DNA of 64,000 nucleotides from the NCBI GenBank assembly GCA_965235115.1, contig OZ249438.1, positions 37,572,001 to 37,636,000 of the forward strand, in the 5' to 3' direction. The stretch is from Laetmonice hystrix (taxonomy: Eukaryota). The position numbers and the translations under genes are program-made. Positions 1-12,820 of the stretch are shown here, in pieces (the first letter of the stretch is position 1; every line of letters starts with the position of its first letter). Below the pieces are notes generated by a model. It did no database searches and was not told where the DNA came from. It saw only the letters and a list, made by a program, of their open reading frames with translations.

Positions 1-870
1 ATTGTTACTAAGGACACTGTTATTGCACAAAGTTTGCACTCCAACAATTACTGCGTACTGACTGCGATGTAGGCCTGTGTCAGAACATAGATGTTTGTTA
101 CTAATGACACTGTTATTGCACAAAGTTTGCACTATAACAATTACTGCGTACTGACTGCGCTGTAGGCCTGTGTCAGAACATAGATGGTTGTTACTAAGGA
201 CACTGTTATTGCACAAAGTTTGCACTCCAACAATTACTGCGTACTGACTGCGATGTAGGCCTGTGTCAGAACATAGATGGCTGTTACTAATGACAGTGTT
301 ATTGCACAAAGTTTGCACTCAAACAATTACTGCGTACTGACTGCGATGTAGGCCTGTGTCAGAACATAGATGGCTGTTACTAAGGACACTGTTATTGCAC
401 AAAGTTTGCACTCCAACAATTACTGCGTACTGACTGCGATGTAGGCCTGTGTCAGAACATAGATGGCTGTTACTAAGGACACTGTTATTGCACAAAGTTT
501 GCACTCAAACAATTACTGCGTACTGACTGCGATGTAGGCCTGTGTCAGAACATAGATGGTTGTTACTAATGACACTGTTATTGCACAAAGTTTGCATTAT
601 AACAATTACTGCGTACTGACTGCGATGTAGGCCTGTGTCAGAACATAGATGGCTGTTACTAATGACACTGTCATTGCACAAAGTTTGCACTCCAACAATT
701 ACTGCGTACTGACTGCGATGTAGGCCTGTGTCAGAACATAGATGGTTGCTACTAATGACACTGTTATTGCACAAAGTTTGCACTATAACAATCACTGCGT
801 ACTGACTGCGCTGTAGGCCTGTGTCAGAACATAAATTGCTGTTACTAAGGACACTGTTATTGCTCAAAGT
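1..870. repeat. Minisatellite, 93-bp unit, about 9 copies, cut by window start
   Basis: Unit gttactaaggacactgttattgcacaaagtttgcactccaacaattactgcgtactgactgcgatgtaggcctgtgtcagaacatagatg...; period 93. Confidence 0.95.
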
Positions 871-1694
871 TTGCACGCTAATAGTCCTGATACAATGCCT
901 ATACTTCCCAAAGGTCACAAATCATCCAGTCCAGCCCAGTCTAATGTTAAGATCGACTCTACTGCACAGACAGAACTTAACTAGACTAGACTTTTTATCG
1001 TTGAAATATGTGAAGATGGCAGTAGTCCCATTGCATAGCTCTGTCTGTGTTGTCAAGGATCTTGAAGGGATTGTCTTGTGCTCTGTGTACGTATGTCGCA
1101 GGCAGATCTGCTGGTGCTTGCCACATTGATTACTGGAGGGTGGGGTGGGGGTAGGGCGATACAAAACGCCCTTTGCCAGGATCAGCCGGGTTGATCAGCC
1201 CAATGCCATTTAGTCGCTGCACAGATAATTACATCTTCACAAATTGGATTCTGTCTCTGGCCGTTCTCCACATGTGGACTTTTTTGTTTTCATGCGTTTG
1301 GCGGGCCGTATAAGGGTTCGAATTTGCGTGTTTCCATTATGAGTTTCAGACATTTCTATCGTTGATATATGTGAAGATGACAGTAGGTCTGTCTAATTTG
1401 TTAGAAAGTTCTCACAGAGAGATATTGTGAAGTAAAAGATAATATATAAATAAAGTGAGGATTTATAATGTGGTTTAAGGCACTACCCTTCGCTATATAA
1501 ATTCCTTTCCTTTAGAAATTAAAACTTAGACGGGAAATCGCTTGCAGTGAGTTGGAGATTTATTCAGTAAAACCTGTGGTGAGTGAGGAGAGCACTAACA
1601 GTGCTAATCGTTAGGATTAACAGTGGAGGATTAGTCGAACACGTTTAGGTGTCGGACGTTTTGATAAAATCTGTGTGCCTGCAGTACGGTCGGC

Positions 1695-1757
1695 GTGGTG
1701 GTGGTGGCGGTGGTGGTGGTGGTGGTGGTGGTGGGGTGGGGTGGGGGGGGGGGGGTC
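1695..1757. repeat. (GGT)n microsatellite grading into poly-G
   Basis: Directly visible. Confidence 0.9.
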
Positions 1758-1790
1758 AGGACGCCGGGCCCCATGTGATGTGAACGGCTT

Positions 1791-3590
1791 AATCCTAGTT
1801 AAGCGATGAGCAGGGATTGTTGTGGAGCATGCAGTGGCTGATAGGGATAGAATCCTAGTTAAGCGATAAGCAGGGTTGTTGTGGAGGTGTAGTGGCTGAT
1901 AGGGATAGAATCCTAGTTAAGCGATGAGCAGGGTTTGTTGTGGAGCGTGTAGTGGCTGATAGGGATAGAATCCTAGTTAAGCGATGAGCAGGGTTGTTGT
2001 GGAGGTGTAGTGGCTGATAGGGATAGAATCCTAGTTAAGCGATGAGCAGGGTTGTTGTGGAGCGTGTAGTGGCTGATAGGGATAGAATCCTAGTTAAGCG
2101 ATGAGCAGGGTTGTTGTGGAGCGTGTAGTGGTTGATAGGGATATAGTTGAGCGATGAGCAGGGTTGTTGTGGAGCGTGTAGTGGCTGATAGGGATAGAAT
2201 CCTAGTTGATCGATGAGCAGGGTTGTTGTGGAGCGTGTAGTGGCTGATAGGGATAGAATCCTAGTTAAGCGATGAACAGGGTTGTTGTGGAGCATGCAGT
2301 GGCTGATAGGGATAGAATCCTAGTTGAGCGATGAGCAGGGTTGTTGTGGAGGTGTAGTGGCTGATAGGGATATAATCCTAGTTGAGCGATGAGCAGGGTT
2401 GTTGTGGAGCGTGTAGTGGCTGATAGGGATAGAATCCTAGTTAAGCGATGAGCAGGGTTGTTGTGGAGCGTGTAGTGGTTGATAGGGATAGAATCCTAGT
2501 TGAGCGATGAGCAGGGTTGTTGTGGAGCGTGTAGTGGCTGATAGGGATAGAATCCTAGTTAAGCGATGAGCAGGGTTGTTGTGGAGCATGTAGTGGCTGA
2601 TAGGGATAGAATCCTAGTTAAGCGATGAGCAGGGTTGTTGTGGAGCGTGTAGTGGCTGATAGGGATAGCATCCTAGTTGAGCGATGAGCAGGGTTGTTGT
2701 GGAGCGTGTAGTGGCTGATAGGGATAGAATCCTAGTTAAGCGATGAGCAGGGTTGTTGTGGAGCGTGTAGTGGCTGATAGGGATAGAATCCTAGTTAAGC
2801 GATGAGCAGGGTTGTTGTGGAGCGTGTAGTGGCTGATAGGGATAGAATCCTAGTTGAGCGATGAGCAGGGTTGTTGTGGAGCGTGTAGTGGCTGATAGGG
2901 ATAGAATCCTAGTTGAGCGATGAGCAGGGTTGTTGTGGAGCGTGTAGTGGCTGATAGGGATAGAATCCTAGTTGAGCGATGAGCAGGGTTGTTGTGGAGG
3001 TGTAGTGGCTGATAGGGATAGAATCCTAGTTGAGCGATGAGCAGGGTTGTTGTGGAGCGTGTAGTGGCTGATAGGGATAGAATCCTAGTTGAGCGATGAG
3101 CAGGGTTGTTGTGGAGCATGTAGTGGCTGATAGGGATAGAATCCTAGTTAAGCGATGAGCAGGGTTGTTGTGGAGCGTGTAGTGGCTGATAGGGATAGAA
3201 TCCTAGTTGAGCGATGAGCAGGGTTGTTGTGGAGCGTGTAGTGGCTGATAGGGATAGAATCCTAGTTGAGCGATGAGCAGGGTTGTTGTGGAGCGTGTAG
3301 TGGTTGATAGGGATAGAATCCTAGTTGAGCGATGAGCAGGGTTTGTTGTGGAGCGTGTAGTGGCTGATAGGGATAGAATCCTAGTTGAGCGATGAGCAGT
3401 GTTCTTGTGGAGCGTGTAGTGGCTGATAGGGATAGAATCCTAGTTGAGCGATGAGCAGGGTTGTTGTGGAGCGTGTAGTGGCTGATAGGGATAGAATCCT
3501 AGTTGAGCGATGAGCAGGGTTGTTGTGGAGCGTGTAGTGGTTGATAGGGATAGAATCCTAGTTAAACGATGAGCAGGGTTGTTGTGGAGC
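1791..3590. repeat. Minisatellite, 59-bp unit, about 30 copies
   Basis: Unit agaatcctagttaagcgatgagcagggttgttgtggagcgtgtagtggctgatagggat. Confidence 0.97.
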
Positions 3591-3809
3591 CTGATTCAGG
3601 TAATACTGGCGGCGGTTGACGGCCAGTTGTTGTCACTAATGGCGGGACGAGTGAAGGTCGAGTGTCGAGTGAAGTTGGCAGTTCTCACAGCTCGTTTCCC
3701 GTCCGTCATTGTAGGACTCTCTTCGTCATTGACGTCATAATGGGGCACCAACTGGCCCACCAGACGCTGATTATTACCGTCGTAAACTGGTCCAACGCCT
3801 GAGTATTAG

Positions 3810-4910
3810 TAGACAAACTGTATGGTGTAGTTATGTCTCTGCAGCCTGGTCCAATTATTGTACAAAGAGACAAACTGTATGGTGTAGTTATGTCTCTGCA
3901 GCCTGGTCCAATTATTGTACAAGGAGACAAACTGTATGGTGTAGTTATGTCCTTCAATCTCTGGAGCCTGGTCCAATTATTGTACAAGGAGACAAACTGT
4001 GTGGTGTAGTTATGTCCCTCAATCTCTGCAGCCTGGTCCAATTATTGTACAAGTTGACAAACTGTGTGGTGTAGTTATGTCCCTCAATCTCTGCAGCCTG
4101 GTCCAATTATTGTACAAGGAGACAAACTGTGTGATGTAGTTATGTCTCTGCAGCCTGGTCCAATTATTGTACAAGGAGGCAAACTGTGTGGTGTAGTTAT
4201 GTCCCTCAATCTCTGCAGCCTGGTCCAATTGTTGTACAAGGAGACAAACTGTGTGGTGTATTTATTTCTCTGCAGCCTGGTCCAATTATTGTATAAAGAG
4301 ACAAACTGTGTGGTGTAGTTATGTCTCTGCAGCCTGGTCCAATTATTGTACAAGTAGACAAACTGTGTGGTGTAGTTATGTCCCTCAATCTCTGCAGCCT
4401 GGTCCAATTATTGTACAAGGAGACAAACTGTGTGATGTAGTTATGTCTCTGCAGCCTGGTCCAATTATTGTACAAGGAGGCAAACTGTGTGGTGTAGTTA
4501 TGTCCCTCAATCTCTGCAGCCTGGTCCAATTGTTGTACAAGGAGACAAACTGTGTGGTGTATTTATTTCTCTGCAGCCTGGTCCAATTATTGTATAAAGA
4601 GACAAACTGTGTGGTGTAGTTATGTCTCTGCAGCCTGGTCCAATTATTGTACAAGTAGACAAACTATGTGGTGTAGTTATGTCTCTGCAGCCTGGTCCAA
4701 TTATTGTACAAGTAGACAAACTGTATGGTGTAGTTATGTCTCTGCAGCCTGGTCCAATTATTGTACAAGGAGACAAACTGTGTGGTGTAGTTATGTCTCT
4801 GCAGCCTGGTCCAATTATTGTACAAGTAGACAAACTGTGTGGTGTATTTATGTCCCTCAATCTCTGCAGCCTGGTCCAATTGTTGTACAAAGAGACAAAC
4901 TATGTGGTGA
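3810..4910. repeat. Minisatellite, 56-65-bp unit with a 301-bp higher-order duplication
   Basis: Unit agacaaactgtgtggtgtagttatgtc[cctcaat]...ctgcagcctggtccaattattgtacaag; identical ORFs recur 301 bp apart in the ORF track. Confidence 0.95.
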
Positions 4911-5309
4911 AGTTATATTCAGGGGGGATCAATAACGTGAATCAATACGCGACCTACATCATTACGCGGAGTAACGCGGCCCGTGACGCGGTATTAAGTA
5001 ACACACTTGATAAACTGGTACCCGCAACCTTGGGGGGTGAATAGGGCTTGGTGGGGAAGGGTTATAAACAGGGGTGTCATTGAGGCCTCGGGGGGTTCGA
5101 ATACATCTAATTAACACCCTCCAACTAATGAACATTTCATCTGGTTTAGTTAAAATTCTTTTTGCAACCAGTGAATCATGCCGTGTGTTACAATTAACTA
5201 ATTCATCTTCACACCTAATAGGAGTTTCTCGTGTCCACGGAAGGCTTGTTCACTATACCAGACCGAGCGTTTGGCCAAAGTTGATTTAAGAATCTGGTAA
5301 CTCGGAATC

Positions 5310-6805
5310 CAACTGGTGTTTGTGTCGTGATATTGACTGGTGTCCCCGTTATATTGACTGGTGTCCCCGTGATATTGACTGGTGTCCCCGTGATATTGAC
5401 TGATGTTCCGTGATTTTGACTGATTTTACTGTAATATTGACTGGCGTCCCTGTGATATTAACTGATGTTACAGTAATATTGACTGAGGTTACCGTGATAT
5501 TGACTGGTGTCCCTGTGATATTAACTGATGTTACAGTAATATTGACTGAGGTTACCGTGATATTGACTGGTGTCCCCGTGATATTGACTGGTTTCCCCGT
5601 GATATTGACTGGTGTCCCGTGATATTGACAGGTGTACCGTGATATTGACTGGCGTCCCTGTGATATTGACGAGTGTACCGTAATATTGACTGGTGTCCCC
5701 GTGATATTGACTGGTGTCGTGATATTGAAGGATATTACCGTGGTATTGACTGATGTTACCATAATATTGACTGGCGTCCCTGTGATATTGACGAGTGTAC
5801 CGTGATATTGACTGTGTTTCTGTGCTATTGACGAGTATCCCTGTGATATTGACTGATGTTATCGTGATATTGACAGGGGTCCCGTGATATTGACTGATGT
5901 TACCATAATATTGACAGGGGTCCCGTGATATTGACTGGTGTCCCGTGATATTGACTGGTGCCCCGTGATATTGACTGGTGTACCGTGATATTGACTGGTG
6001 TCCGGTGATATTGACAGGGGTCCCGTGATATTGACTGGTGTCCCCGTGATATTGACTGGTGTCGTGATATTGAAGGATATTACCGTGGTATTGACTGATG
6101 TTACCATAATATTGACTGGCGTCCCTGTGATATTGACGAGTGTACCGTGATATTGACTGTGTTTCTGTGCTATTGACGAGTATCCCTGTGATATTGACTG
6201 ATGTTATCGTGATATTGACAGGGGTCCCGTGATATTGACTGAGGTTACCGTAATATTGACAGGGGTCCCGTGATATTGGCAGGGGTCCAGTGATATTGAC
6301 TGGTGTCCAGTAATATTGAGAGGGGTCCAGTGATATTGACAGTCTCGTGATATTGACTGATGTTACCGTAATATTGACAGGGGTCCCGTGATATTGACTG
6401 ATGTTACCATAATATTGACAGGGGTCCCGTGATATTGACTGGTGTCCCGTGATATTGACTGGTGCCCCGTGATATTGACTGGTGTACCGTGATATTGACT
6501 GGTGTCCGGTGATATTGACAGGGGTCCCGTGATATTGACTGGTGTCCCGTGATATTGACTGGTGCCCCGTGATATTGACTGATGTACCGTGATATTGACT
6601 GGTGCCCCGTGATATTGACTGATGTCCCGTGATATTGACTGATGTTACCGTAATATTGACAGGGGTCCAGTGATATTGACAGGGGTCCCGTGATATTGAC
6701 TGGTGTCCCGTGATATTGACTGGTGTCCCGTGATATTGACTGGTGCCCCGTGATATTGACAGGGGTCCCGTGATATTGACTGGTGTCCCGTGATATTGGC
6801 TGGTG
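5310..6805. repeat. Minisatellite, about 20-bp unit (gtgatattgactggtgtccc), ending about 30 bp before the neurexin exon
   Basis: About 70 variant units; one internal block recurs about 345 bp apart. Confidence 0.95.
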
Positions 6806-6836
6806 TAAGCTGACTCTAACCATTGCTGTCTTTCAG

Positions 6837-7018
6837 ACGGGATCGCCTACTCGTTCGGCGGCTCCGAGGGTGGTATCGTGACGTTTAACTTTGCCGAGAA
6901 TGCGCGCCCCGACACCAAGGAAGACTCCGTGGCGCTAGGATTTATCACCGCTCAGAAGGACGCAGTTTTGCTCCGGGTTACCAGTAGCAACTCTAATGAC
7001 TACATCGAGATTGAGATG
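6837..7018 (+). CDS. NRXN: Neurexin exon, N-terminal part of last LNS (laminin-G) domain
   Basis: Acceptor ctgtctttcag|ACGG and donor GAGATG|gttagt; phase 1 in, phase 0 out. Translation (D)GIAYSFGGSEGGIVTFNFAENARPDTKEDSVALGFITAQKDAVLLRVTSSNSNDYIEIEM matches neurexin LNS6 (vertebrate GTTYIF...[27 protein letters not shown]...GDYLELH), including the Ca2+-ligand Asp of the DY motif. Confidence 0.95.
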
Positions 7019-7935
7019 GTTAGTAACAGTTACTCCGGTTACCAGTACTAACTCTAATGACTACATCGAGATTAAGATGGTTAGTAACAGTTACTCCGGG
7101 TTCCAGTGGTTAGTAACAGTTACTCCGGGCTACCAGTGGTTAGTAACAGTTAATCCGGGTTACCAGTGGTTAGTAACAGTTACTCCGGGTTACCAGTGGT
7201 TAGTAACAGTTACTCCGGGTTACCAGTGGTTAGTAACAGTTACTCCGGGCTACCAGTGGTTAGTTACAGTTACTCTGGGTTACCAGTACCGTACTAACTC
7301 TAATGACTACATCGAGATTGAGATGTTTAGTAACAGTTACTCCGGGTTACCAGTACTAACGCTAATGACTACATCGAGATTGAGATGGTTAGTAAGTTAC
7401 TCCGGGTTACCAGTGGTTAGTAACAGTTACTCCGGGCTACCAGTGGTTAGTAACAGTTAATCCGGGTTACGAGTGCTAACTCTAATGACGACATCGAGAT
7501 TGAGATGGTTAGTAACAGTTACTCCGGGTTACCAGTGGTTAGTAACCGTTACTCCGGGTTACCAGTGGTTAGTAACAGTTACTCCGGTTACCAGTACTAA
7601 CTCTAATGACGACATCGAGATTGAGATGGTTAGTAACAGTTACTCCGGGTTACCAGTGGTTAGTAACAGTTAATCCGGGTTACCAGTGGTTAGTAACAGT
7701 TACTCCGGGCTACCAGTGGTTAGTAACAGTTACTTCGGGTTACCAGTGGTTAGTAACAGTTACTCCGGGTTACCAGTGGTTAGTAACAGTTACTCCGGGT
7801 TACCAGTGGTTAGTAACAGTTACTCCGGGTTACCAGTGGTTAGTAACAGTTACTCCGGGCTACCAGTGCTTAGTAACAGTTAATCCGGGTTACGAGTGCT
7901 AACTCTAATGACGACATCGAGATTGAGATGGTTAG
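6971..7935. repeat. Compound array derived from the 3' end of the neurexin exon plus its splice donor
   Basis: Mix of 30-bp units gttagtaacagttactccgggttaccagtg and longer units re-copying ctctaatgactacatcgagattgagatg|gttagt. Confidence 0.93.
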
Positions 7936-8339
7936 CGCCAACGCACGCTGCACTGTGTGCCGCGAGCATGTTGAAATGGTGAAAGTCGTTTTTTCGGACT
8001 GCCTTCCATCTTCAGAAGTTTTTTTGTTAATACCACATAAGACAGCGGATTAAGGTATTTAAATGATTGCTTGAGTCATTAAGTCTGCTTCAGTTAATAT
8101 CATATCAAGTCTATTTAGCCTGATAAGAACCTTTTTATTTGTTTGTGACATGGATGGGTAATCGGGCAAACTATTCACATTTGCTGCATTCTCTTCTTAA
8201 AGTTAACGCGTTCCACAAAACTCTGAGTGTATTACATTTCTCTGGTAATATGTACCAACCCCTGCATTACCGGATGTAATTGAATGGTAACCAGTGAAGA
8301 TATCTGGGTAATGGCTATATCGTATGGACAAAATGGTTC

Positions 8340-8521
8340 TGTGCAGGTCACGTATCGCTTGACGAGAACATCTGTTTAATTGCAGGTCGTATTGCTTGAT
8401 GACAGAACCCGTCTGTTTGCAGGTCGGATCCACCGTTTGTTTGCAGGTCGTATTGCTGGGTGAGAGAAGTTGTCTGTTTGCAGGTCATATATTGCTTGAT
8501 GAGAGCACCTGTCTGTTTTAG
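8340..8521. repeat. Degenerate 24-39-bp repeat of acceptor-like tgtttgcag|gtc upstream of exon 8522
   Basis: AG|GTC at 8345, 8384, 8421, 8445 and 8482, then the true acceptor at 8520. Confidence 0.7.
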
Positions 8522-8693
8522 GTCGATGGAAACATCTTTGTCGTGTACAATATGGGTACCATGGACCATCCGATCGGGGAATTGTTTGAAAAGGTCAACG
8601 ATGGACGCTACCATGTAGTTCGTTTCGTCCGCACCGGTCCCAACTCTACAATACAAGTGGATGATCTCGCTATGCAAACTAAGAACCCAACAG
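8522..8693 (+). CDS. NRXN: Neurexin exon, middle of LNS6
   Basis: ctgttttag|GTC ... ACAG|gtaggt; phase 0 in, phase 1 out. VDGNIFVVYNMGTMDHPIGELFEKVNDGRYHVVRFVRTGPNSTIQVDDLAMQTKNPT(G) corresponds to neurexin [23 protein letters not shown]...ERYPAG. Confidence 0.96.
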
Positions 8694-8798
8694 GTAGGTT
8701 AACAGTCAGAGCTGGCGTTCACAGGGGTTAGTAATAGGGTGTCGGGGTTAGGGTTACAGTACGGTATGTCACAGCAGCGGTGCCAACTGTGTAAAGGT

Positions 8799-9658
8799 TA
8801 CCTCAAGGTGACCTTGTCGGAGGTGTACAGCTGTTTCCGTGTACACTGATGTAGTTACACCTACCTCAAGGTGACCTTGTCGGAGGTGTACGGCTGTTTC
8901 CGTGTACACTGATGTAGTTACACCTACCTCAAGGTGACCTTGTCGGAGGTGTACGGCTGTTTCCGTGTACACTGATGTAGTCATACCTACCTCAAGGTGA
9001 CCTTGTCGGAGGTGTACGGCTGTTTCCGTGTACACTGATGTAGTTATATCTACCTCAAGGTGACCTTGTCGGAGGTGTACGGCTGTTTCCGTGTACACTG
9101 ATGTAGTTACACCTACCTCAAGGTGACCTTGTCGGAGGTGTACGGCTGTTTCCGTGTACACTGATGTAGTTACACCTACCTCAAGGTGACCTTGTCGGAG
9201 GTGTACGGCTGTTTCCGTGTACACTGATGTAGTTATACCTACCTCAAGGTGACCTTGTCGGTGGTGTACGGCTGTTTCCGTGTACACTGATGTAGTTATA
9301 CCTACCTCAAGGTGACCTTGTCGGAGGTGTACGGCTGTTTCCGTGTACACTGATGTAGTTATACCTACCTCAAGGTGACCTTGTCGGAGGTGTACGGCTG
9401 TTTCCGTGTACACCGATGTAGTTATACCTACCTCAAGGTGACCTTGTCGGAGGTGTACGGCTGTTTCCGTCTACACTGATGTAGTTATACCTACCTCAAG
9501 GTGACCTTGTCGAAGGTGTACGGCTGTTTCCGTGTACACTGGTGTAGTTATACCTACCTCAAGGTGACCTTGTCGGAGGTGTACGGCTGTTTCCGTGTAC
9601 ACTGATGTAGTTATACCTACCTCAAGGTGACCTTGTCGGAGGTCTACAGCTGTATCCG
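8799..9658. repeat. Minisatellite, 63-bp unit, about 13.5 copies
   Basis: Unit ggtgaccttgtcggaggtgtacggctgtttccgtgtacactgatgtagttatacctacctcaa; explains ORF 8769..9413. Confidence 0.97.
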
Positions 9659-10206
9659 CACAGATTGAAGTCTAGCTACGATCAGGCCACCTCGGCTAGC
9701 AGACGGCAGTCTCGGGTCACGTGACGTATAGCGGCTCGATGACAGCGTACTCCTGGTGACAACCATTAATTCTTTCATGTTGTTCAAACTTGAGTTGCCT
9801 TTAAAACCACAGCAGTACTACTAGGTCCTGTGGGCCTGCCCACATTGATTTCTGTTTGCGAGTATCAAAGAGTTAGCCTCATTACGACATGTCGTATTCA
9901 TGTTAAGGAAGAGCCCAGGGTCTGACTGGAGCCTAATCTAACCCTGTGTCTCCCCGACTGACGCCTGACGCCTGACGCCTGTAGTGACGCCTGATGCTCA
10001 AGCCACCGGAGCCAATAACCTGGACCGCCCTCGGGGGGTTGTTGCATAAACTTCCTTGTCTAAGTTTCCAGTTATGTCTATGTGTGTTCTGTGAGAATTC
10101 TAGCGAACGATATCTCATGCTCCTGTAGGCACCAGCTTGACTGATATACAGGCACCGCAGAGTGGAGACACCTACCTGTCAGATATTTGGGCAGTAAACC
10201 GTAATC

Positions 10207-10380
10207 AGGCGTCCTGGTCGAATCTGGCGTCCTGGTCGAATCTGGCGTCCTGAGAGAATCTGGCGACAGGGTTTGAATATGGCGCCAATACCGGAATGTG
10301 GCGCCAATACCGTAATATGGCGCCAATACCGTAATGAAGCGACCAATATTCTGGCGCCAGTACCGAATCTGGCACCAATA
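10207..10380. repeat. Short GGCGCC/GGCGTCC-rich tandem repeats, possibly a transposon-internal remnant
   Basis: (aatctggcgtcctggtcg)x2-3 followed by (ggcgccaataccgtaat)-like x3-4. Confidence 0.6.
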
Positions 10381-11694
10381 ACAGAAAATTAGCCATTACC
10401 ATGAAGTTAAACCCACAGATCTATGTGTATGGCAATGGATTATAGCGATGAACTCTCTAAAATACCTGCCTGCATTAGGTTTGTAATGTTTGAAATAAAT
10501 CAAGTAGAACTTCCCCGGCTGTGAATGGATTAAAAGTGTTTCTACAGTGTTAGTAATTGTTCACTCTAACAATGATGGTTGTGGCTGCGCATTGTTCTTG
10601 ATTGACAATAAATGTCGTGATTGCATTTCAGACACTAAACTCGGACGTTTTCTATTCTAAATGTGTCGAAATCACGCTGACGTTCGTCTTAGAAAATAAA
10701 GAATTATCCCGAAGGAAATAGACATTGGAAGTATAAGTGGGTAGTGGGAGTGTAATGAGACCTTGACAAATGTTCGTTATTAAAATAGTAATAGATTTAC
10801 ACGTGCCAGTCCCATCTAGTTTGTCAGATAAAAGGTTGGTAAACGACAACATTTGTTTCAATATTAGTACATATTTCTTCTTTTCATGTCAAATTGCTTT
10901 GTGCATCTTACTACACGGGCAGATTCAACTAGTTTATTGCTCAAATGGTTTCATACTTGTACTTACCAATCAGTCTGATGTAGCGACATTTGCGTCGCTT
11001 TCAGCTCTATTCCCTCTTGTCTTTACCTAGTTAGTCTTCCGTACCGCTTGATGACATTGTGCCTAGATTCTGTCAGTCGAGTATGACATCAAGCTTACAT
11101 ATTGCTCAATTACATATTGCTCAAACCAGCCAGTCCCACCTGGTATCCCTTAAACAAAGGATACACTAAACAAAGAATACACTAAACAAAAGATACACAC
11201 GAAACAATGGATACACATATCGCGGCGCTGACATTTTGTTTGAAAAATATACCTGTCACTGTTTTCTGTAATAGGTTTTAAAGATGATAGTTAAATTCCC
11301 TGTGTAAGCTCTTGTGTTGTAGAAATATTGTAAGCCGTATTAGATGATACTCGGCAACAAATTTGAACGACTGGAAAATACTAACGGAAAAGATATCATA
11401 GGTCAATTTGTAATGAGAATGTAATGAGGCAAGTTAAAAATTCAGTACGTATTTCATATAAAAGGCTGATGAAAACATAAAGACGTTATTCATATACTCT
11501 GATGTCTTCTTTAAGACGGTTCGAATAACACATTAGGTGACTGTCGTATTGCTGAATAGATTTTCTTTCAAATTGATGGGGCAGAGATTAAGTCAGAGAG
11601 ATCTCAAGCATTCCTTTATTGTCGTGGCCATGTTGAAATCTTGATGTCTTTATACGATCCTCCGTCTTCCGTTGTAAGTGGAACAGTTATTTGG

Positions 11695-12820
11695 TACACT
11701 GTATAACAGGCGTACTGGCGAGTGTATGCTATAGGACTGTCTCACGCACATCTATCTCATACATTCAGTCAGTGCCCTGAGGTTCTGTGGTTTCTTGTTG
11801 TTTCTATATGGAAGGTTTTATATTGACAGGTTATTTTGTACACTGTATAACAGGCGTACTGGCGAGTGTATGCTAGGACTGTCTCACGGACATCTATCTC
11901 ACACATTCAGTCAGTGCCCTCAGGTTCTGTGGTTTCTTGTTGTTTCTATATGGAAGGTTTTATATTGGCAGGTTATTTTGTACATTGTATAACAGGCGTA
12001 CTGGCGAGTGTATGCTAGGACTGTCTCACGGACATCACGGACACACATTCAGTCAGTGCCCTCAGGTTCTGTGGTTTCTTGTTGTTTCTATATGGAAGGT
12101 TTTATATTGGCAGGTTATTTTGTACACTGTATAACAGGCGTACTGGCGAGTGTATGCTAGGACTGTCTCACGGACATCTATCTCACACATTCAGTCAGTG
12201 CCCTCAGATTCTGTGGTTTCTTGTTGTTTTTATATGGACGGTTTTATATTGACAGGTTATTTTGTACACTGTATAACAGGCGTACTGGCGAGTGTATGCT
12301 AGGACTGTCTCACGGACATCTATCTCACACATTCAGTCAGTGCCCTCAGGTTCTGTGGTTTCTTGTTGTTTCTATATGGAAGGTTTTATATTGACAGGTT
12401 ATTTTGTACACTGTATAACAGGCGTACTGGCGAGTGTATGCTAGGACTGTCTCACGGACATCTATCTCACACATTCAGTCAGTGCCCTCAGGTTCTGTGG
12501 TTTCTTGTTGTTTCTATATGGAAGGTTTTATATTGACAGGTTATTTTGTACACTGTATAACAGGCGTACTGGCGAGTGTATGCTAGGACTGTCTCACGGA
12601 CATCTATCTCACACATTCAGTCAGTGCCCTCAGGTTCTGTGGTTTCTTGTTGTTTCTATATGGAAGGTTTTATATTGACAGGTTATTTTGTACACTGTAT
12701 AACAGGCTTACTGGCGAGTGTATACTAGGACTGTCTCACGGACATCTATCTCACACATTCAGTCAGTGCCCTGAGGTTCTGTGGTTTCTTGTTGTTTCTA
12801 TATGGAAGGTTTTATATTGG
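11695..12820. repeat. Tandem repeat, 142-bp unit, about 8 copies
   Basis: Unit begins tacactgtataacaggcgtactggcgagtgtatgctaggactgtctcac; period 142. Confidence 0.97.

Noticed and set aside
1791-3590. CRISPR-like regularity of this and other arrays
   Set aside because: Units are head-to-tail with no unique spacers, there are no cas genes, and the DNA is intron-containing eukaryotic sequence.
1-6836. Upstream EGF exon or a beta-neurexin-type first exon
   Set aside because: No Cys-patterned EGF segment or signal-peptide ORF ending in the required phase 1 was found; the ATG at 1016 with gtacgt donor exits in phase 2.
10632-10660. Acceptor tgcatttcag followed by DTKLGRFLF
   Set aside because: In-frame TAA after 9 codons and no convincing donor.
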